Assembly: GCA_964350935.1 (NCBI GenBank)
Contig: CAYGLL010000012.1
Location: 4,159-28,158, forward strand
DNA: 24,000 nt
Direction of reading: 5' to 3'
From: an uncultured Candidatus Saccharibacteria bacterium
Lineage (GTDB): Bacteria; Patescibacteriota; Minisyncoccia; Phycocordibacterales; CAYGLL01
Shown here: positions 20,194 to 24,000 of the stretch, piece by piece
Layout: each line of letters opens with the position of its first letter
How positions within the stretch are numbered: position 1 is the stretch's first letter
The notes under the pieces: model-generated
The model's database searches: none
What the model saw: only the letters and a program-made list of their open reading frames with translations
Told to the model about the DNA's origin: nothing
Position numbers and translations under genes: made by a program

Positions 20194-22608
20194 CTATTTT
20201 ACCTTCTCCATCTCCCCCCAGTTTTTGCCGTGATAGGCCTCCGCGAGAATAGGGACGCCTTTAATTTCCTTAGGTGCAATTACCGACTGCATAATGTTTT
20301 TGATAAGTGGCGCAACTTCTTTGACGCGAGTTTTTTTAATTTCATAGACGAGTTCGTCGTGGACCTGCAAAACAAGATGGACGTCGTCTTGAAGTTTTTC
20401 CTTTTTGATCATCTCATCAATTCGCACCATCGCAATTTTAACGATGTCGGCCTCGGTGCCTTGAATCGGTGCGTTCACTGCCATGCGTTCAGCTGACGCA
20501 CGGATAAAAGGAATCTTTGATTTGATTCCTTCGAAATAACGGCGGCGACCAAAAAATGTCTCAGTGTAACCTTGTCGCATAGCCGTCGCTTTCACTTCAT
20601 CCAGATATGTTGCAAGCGTGCTGAATGTTTTGAAATAGTCATCATAAAACTTTTGTGCTTCGGCACGACTAACTGCCACCGTCTCGGTGGTCAGGTTTGC
20701 TTTGAGTGCATTTACACCCATGCCGTAGATAATACCAAAGTTGATAACCTTCGCCCGGCGGCGCATTTCGTAATCAACCTTGTCGGGGGAAACTCCAAAC
20801 ACCTCCGCCGCAACTGACGTATGAATATCCTCGCCGTTCTTAAATATTTGAATGAGTTTTGCATCGCCTGAAAGAAATGCCGCAACGCGAAGCTGGATCT
20901 GCGAATAATCAAAAGAAACAACCTCACAATCTTTCTCGGCAATGAAAGCATTTCGAATTCTCTCCCCCCGCTTACTCCGGATGGGGATGTTTTGCAGTCC
21001 TGGATTGTGTGACGACATTCTTCCCGTCGCTGAACCTTCCTGTTGAAAGGTCGCGTGCAGGCGATTGTTCGGGTCGAGAAGTTCGGGGATCGCATCAATG
21101 TACGTTCCTAGAAGTTTGGCGATCTCGCGATACTCGAGGATATGCGCAATGATCGGGTGGCGATCTCGCAGTTTCTCAAGCTCAGACTCTTTAGTAGACA
21201 TTGCGCCGCCTGCGGTCTTTTTTTGATTCTTCGCCTTGAGCCCAAGCTTCTCGAAAAGAATGATGCCGAGCTGTTTTGGCGAAGCCACGTTGAACTCCTC
21301 GCCAGCGAGTTTGATGATCTTCTTTTCGATCGCTTTGAGTTCCCTTGTGTATTCCTTCGAAAGTTCACCGAGATAGTCTTTGTCAATTTTGACCCCGTAG
21401 TGATTCATTTCGTCAACGACAGGAATCAGGGGTTTCTCTATCTCATCAAAAACTTTTTGACCGCCACGTTTTTTAAGTTCACCCATAACAACTTCTTGTG
21501 CCTCGGCAAAAGTATCCTTTTGCGCAAATGTTTTTATATCCGAAAGTTCCGGCGTTGTAATGTTCGAATCAGCAACCCAGAGTGCTAAGGCCGTCTCGCG
21601 CAACTCCTTCGGGTCAACCTTCTCTTCCTCGGCTGGAATCTCCTTCACTTTTTCTTTTGGTGACTCCGCTTCCGGGGCAACTTTGCCGGAAAGAAGTTCC
21701 TTTACCCTGTTACCGAGCGTCCGGAACTCAAGCTCGGCAAACAGTTTCTCAATATCTTTTATATCAATATTTTCCCGCCACACTTTTTCAGGCAGCGAAA
21801 ACTCAATCGGCGCATCACGGCGGATTGTTCCGAGCATCTTACTAAAAAGCGCCTCCTCTTCACCTGCTGTGATAAGTTCAACAGCCTTAGGTTTGATACC
21901 GGCTTCTTTCAAGGCATTTGAGTCTTTCTTGATGACCTTATACATTTCCTCGATCGTGCCGAACTTTTGAATGAGCGTTGTCGCGGTCTTGTCGCCAATT
22001 CCTTTAATACCGGGAATGTTATCGGATGAATCCCCCGCAAGACCTTTGTAGTCAGTGAGCTGAAGCGGAGCAAAGCCGTACTTTGCATTTACCGCCGCCT
22101 CATCATAGAGAATTGTGTCGTTGATACCTTTTTTCAGCGTAAAGACCTGAACTTTTCCGTCATCAATAAGCTGAAGCGTGTCGCTGTCGCCTGAAGCAAT
22201 AATAATTTTTACGTGCGGATCTTTTTTCAGACGCTCAGCAATTGTTCCTAAAAGATCGTCCGCTTCAAAACCCTCGAGATCGTAAATGGGAATGTGAAAT
22301 GCTGTGAAAACATCGCGAGCACGCTTGAGTTGAGCGACAAGTTCATCGTCAGTTTTTCTACGTCCGGCTTTATATCCCTCAAACGCTTCATGACGGTAAG
22401 TTGGTTTCGGGAGATCAAAACACGCGGCCAAATAGTCGGGTTTAAGGTCGCCGATGATCTTGATGAGCATCGAGGAGAGTCCGTAGAGGGCACCGGTTGG
22501 CTCCCCTTTCGACGAAGCAAAATCCGGTAGCGCGTGGTATGCACGATGAATAATCGCGTGCGCATCAAGTAAAACAAGAAGTTTCTTTTCGGCCGTCTCT
22601 TTCGACAT
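20194..22608 (-). CDS. polA: DNA polymerase I
   Basis: 5'-3' nuclease domain (LVQLLDxHAxIHRAYHAL-like, VIIASGDSDTLQLID, GLAGDSSDNIPGIKGIGDKTA) and polymerase motifs (SHNPGLQNIPIRSKRGERIRNAF, SFDYSQIQLRVAAFLSGD, RRRAKVINFGIIYGMG, LVLQVHDELVYE). Confidence 0.97.
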   Translation of the reverse strand: MSKETAEKKLLVLLDAHAIIHRAYHALPDFASSKGEPTGALYGLSSMLIKIIGDLKPDYLAACFDLPKPTYRHEAFEGYKAGRRKTDDELVAQLKRARDVFTAFHIPIYDLEGFEADDLLGTIAERLKKDPHVKIIIASGDSDTLQLIDDGKVQVFTLKKGINDTILYDEAAVNAKYGFAPLQLTDYKGLAGDSSDNIPGIKGIGDKTATTLIQKFGTIEEMYKVIKKDSNALKEAGIKPKAVELITAGEEEALFSKMLGTIRRDAPIEFSLPEKVWRENIDIKDIEKLFAELEFRTLGNRVKELLSGKVAPEAESPKEKVKEIPAEEEKVDPKELRETALALWVADSNITTPELSDIKTFAQKDTFAEAQEVVMGELKKRGGQKVFDEIEKPLIPVVDEMNHYGVKIDKDYLGELSKEYTRELKAIEKKIIKLAGEEFNVASPKQLGIILFEKLGLKAKNQKKTAGGAMSTKESELEKLRDRHPIIAHILEYREIAKLLGTYIDAIPELLDPNNRLHATFQQEGSATGRMSSHNPGLQNIPIRSKRGERIRNAFIAEKDCEVVSFDYSQIQLRVAAFLSGDAKLIQIFKNGEDIHTSVAAEVFGVSPDKVDYEMRRRAKVINFGIIYGMGVNALKANLTTETVAVSRAEAQKFYDDYFKTFSTLATYLDEVKATAMRQGYTETFFGRRRYFEGIKSKIPFIRASAERMAVNAPIQGTEADIVKIAMVRIDEMIKKEKLQDDVHLVLQVHDELVYEIKKTRVKEVAPLIKNIMQSVIAPKEIKGVPILAEAYHGKNWGEMEKVK

Positions 22609-22682
22609 GACGACATTTTACCACTTTTAGAAAAAGAAAAAGCCCCGCCGAATCGAAATTCGGCGGGGCATGCAAACAAAAA

Positions 22683-23375
22683 CTAGGCTTTCAACAAAGG
22701 GGTGGTCGCCAACTTTGCTCTTTCCCGTGGAGTGAGCCTCTTCCAGAACTTCCATGAAAACTCATCCAAAATCGTAACACCGGGATCCTTTTCCCCGTCT
22801 GACAAAAACTCATACGTATCTTTGACCACATGACTAAGGAAGCGCTGAGTAAACGCGGGGTTTTTGTCGACGATAAGAGCAACGGTGTTCGAGAGTGTTC
22901 CGCTATGAGCGTCTGACCACGGCTGATCGACCCTGGGGTCATTAAAGAGTAGGGTGTTGAGCGTTTTAACAACCGCAAGCTCGAAGACCTCATGGTCTGG
23001 GCCAGTTACCTCGCCGACCCACAGTGACACACCTTGCAAGAGCCCGAGAACAGAGCCTCTCAAAAACTCGATACTTTCTGTGTGACCCCGCTGTTCAGAT
23101 ATCGTTTCGATCTCCTCTGCCGTGTAGCGTCCGACATCACTTCCTGCGACCACCAATGCAGCCACAATTAAGGCTACATCTTCCGTGTTCCGATGTGTGC
23201 GCAGAATAGGACGCATTGGGCCGTCTTCCAAGTCAGCCTCATCTTCTCCCCCAAGAATGCGCCTCACCTTCTGTCCAGACTCAAGGCTACCAAACAGGTG
23301 AACCATGACTTCTGCGAGGAGTAATTTATCCTCAACGCCTCCAAGGAGGCAGTCCAGTGTCTTTTTTATGTTCAT
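22683..23375 (-). CDS. Hypothetical protein
   Basis: MNIKKTLDCLLGGVEDKLLLAEVMVHLFG...; start set at internal Met after purine-rich sequence. Confidence 0.6.
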   Translation of the reverse strand: MNIKKTLDCLLGGVEDKLLLAEVMVHLFGSLESGQKVRRILGGEDEADLEDGPMRPILRTHRNTEDVALIVAALVVAGSDVGRYTAEEIETISEQRGHTESIEFLRGSVLGLLQGVSLWVGEVTGPDHEVFELAVVKTLNTLLFNDPRVDQPWSDAHSGTLSNTVALIVDKNPAFTQRFLSHVVKDTYEFLSDGEKDPGVTILDEFSWKFWKRLTPRERAKLATTPLLKA

Positions 23376-23524
23376 ACTAAGAACCCTTTCAGGTTTTTGT
23401 TCCCTTTCAGGAACGATTTTTGAAGAACACGGCGCTTTCACGCCGGGTAGTCTGGGAGTTCGAGACACCTCTATGTCCCGCCAGTCTGGTGTTGAGATTA
23501 CTCCACAACAAAAACAAGTCAACT

Positions 23525-23549
23525 GGATTCCCGCCTCCGCGGGAATGAC
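23525..23549. repeat. Short GC-rich palindromic intergenic repeat
   Basis: TTCCCGCCTCCGCGGGAATGACA, hairpin-forming, between two minus-strand genes. Confidence 0.5.
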
Positions 23550-23554
23550 ACATT

Positions 23555-23986
23555 TCAGACAAACTCAATTTCACGCGTGGTTTCGTCAATAAAGGTAAAA
23601 AATATTTTTTTAGTCGGCACAATTGAAGCCTTTTCAACAATTTCAGGCCACTCAATTAAAATGAGGTTGTGAGGATCAGTTACATAATCAGTAAGACCGA
23701 TTGTCCCGATCTCAGTATTTTTTTGAAGACGATATGCGTCAACGTGAACGAGACGCTTAAAAATTGCATTCGCAGTGTCATACACCTTGAGCAGTACGAA
23801 CGTGGGACTGGTGACCTGATCCTTGATACCAAGGGCGTCAGCAACTCCCTGCGTGAACGTAGTCTTTCCTGAACCCAGATCTCCTGAAAGAGCAACGATT
23901 GTTGCCCCACCACCTGGTTTTAAACACGAAAGAAAATCGGCGGCAGTTTTTTTTGTTTCGTTACTATTCCGTGTAGTTACTTTCAT
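23555..23986 (-). CDS. tsaE: tRNA (adenosine(37)-N6)-threonylcarbamoyltransferase complex ATPase subunit
   Basis: VALSGDLGSGKTTFTQGVADALGIKDQVTSPTFVLLKVYDT...LVHVDAYRLQK...LILIEWPEIVE. Confidence 0.93.
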   Translation of the reverse strand: MKVTTRNSNETKKTAADFLSCLKPGGGATIVALSGDLGSGKTTFTQGVADALGIKDQVTSPTFVLLKVYDTANAIFKRLVHVDAYRLQKNTEIGTIGLTDYVTDPHNLILIEWPEIVEKASIVPTKKIFFTFIDETTREIEFV

Positions 23987-24000
23987 AGTTCGATTGTATA

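Noticed and set aside
1-24000. CRISPR array, retron, toxin-antitoxin pair or canonical anti-phage system
   Set aside because: No regularly spaced direct repeats, reverse transcriptase, Cas or recognisable defence domains are visible in any frame listed.

Overview
This 24 kb window looks like a Patescibacteria/CPR-type bacterial chromosome, inferred from gene content and style. Housekeeping genes include a ruvA 3' end, a Mur ligase, an N-acetylmuramoyl-L-alanine amidase, a TrmH/SpoU methyltransferase, DoxX, tRNA-Lys(UUU), a Fur-family regulator, a CooC-like ATPase, pyrH, dcd, purD, a dihydroorotate dehydrogenase, a dihydroorotase, a DNA pol III delta-like protein, polA and tsaE. The standout is at about 11,280-12,850. 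Four sTRSV-like type III hammerhead ribozymes lie in tandem, one in the 5' region of each of four small uncharacterised ORFs. All four have the catalytic core (CUGANGA...GAAA with GUC or CUA cleavage sites), a 6-bp stem I with a UGUGU(G/A) loop, and a 4-bp stem II with an A-rich tetraloop. The stems vary in sequence while mostly keeping pairing. No intrinsic terminator is apparent between the ORFs, so one transcript could be cut into monocistronic RNAs. Hairpins directly abut the upstream side of copies 2-4, and long hairpins follow copies 2 and 3. A promoter, a folded leader and an intrinsic terminator precede the array. Other points of interest are a second structured leader with a terminator before an AAA/CYTH-like gene, duplicated Fur-type operator candidates between the Fur-family and CooC-like genes, duplicated minus-strand promoter/terminator cassettes, and several unexplained structured intergenic regions.
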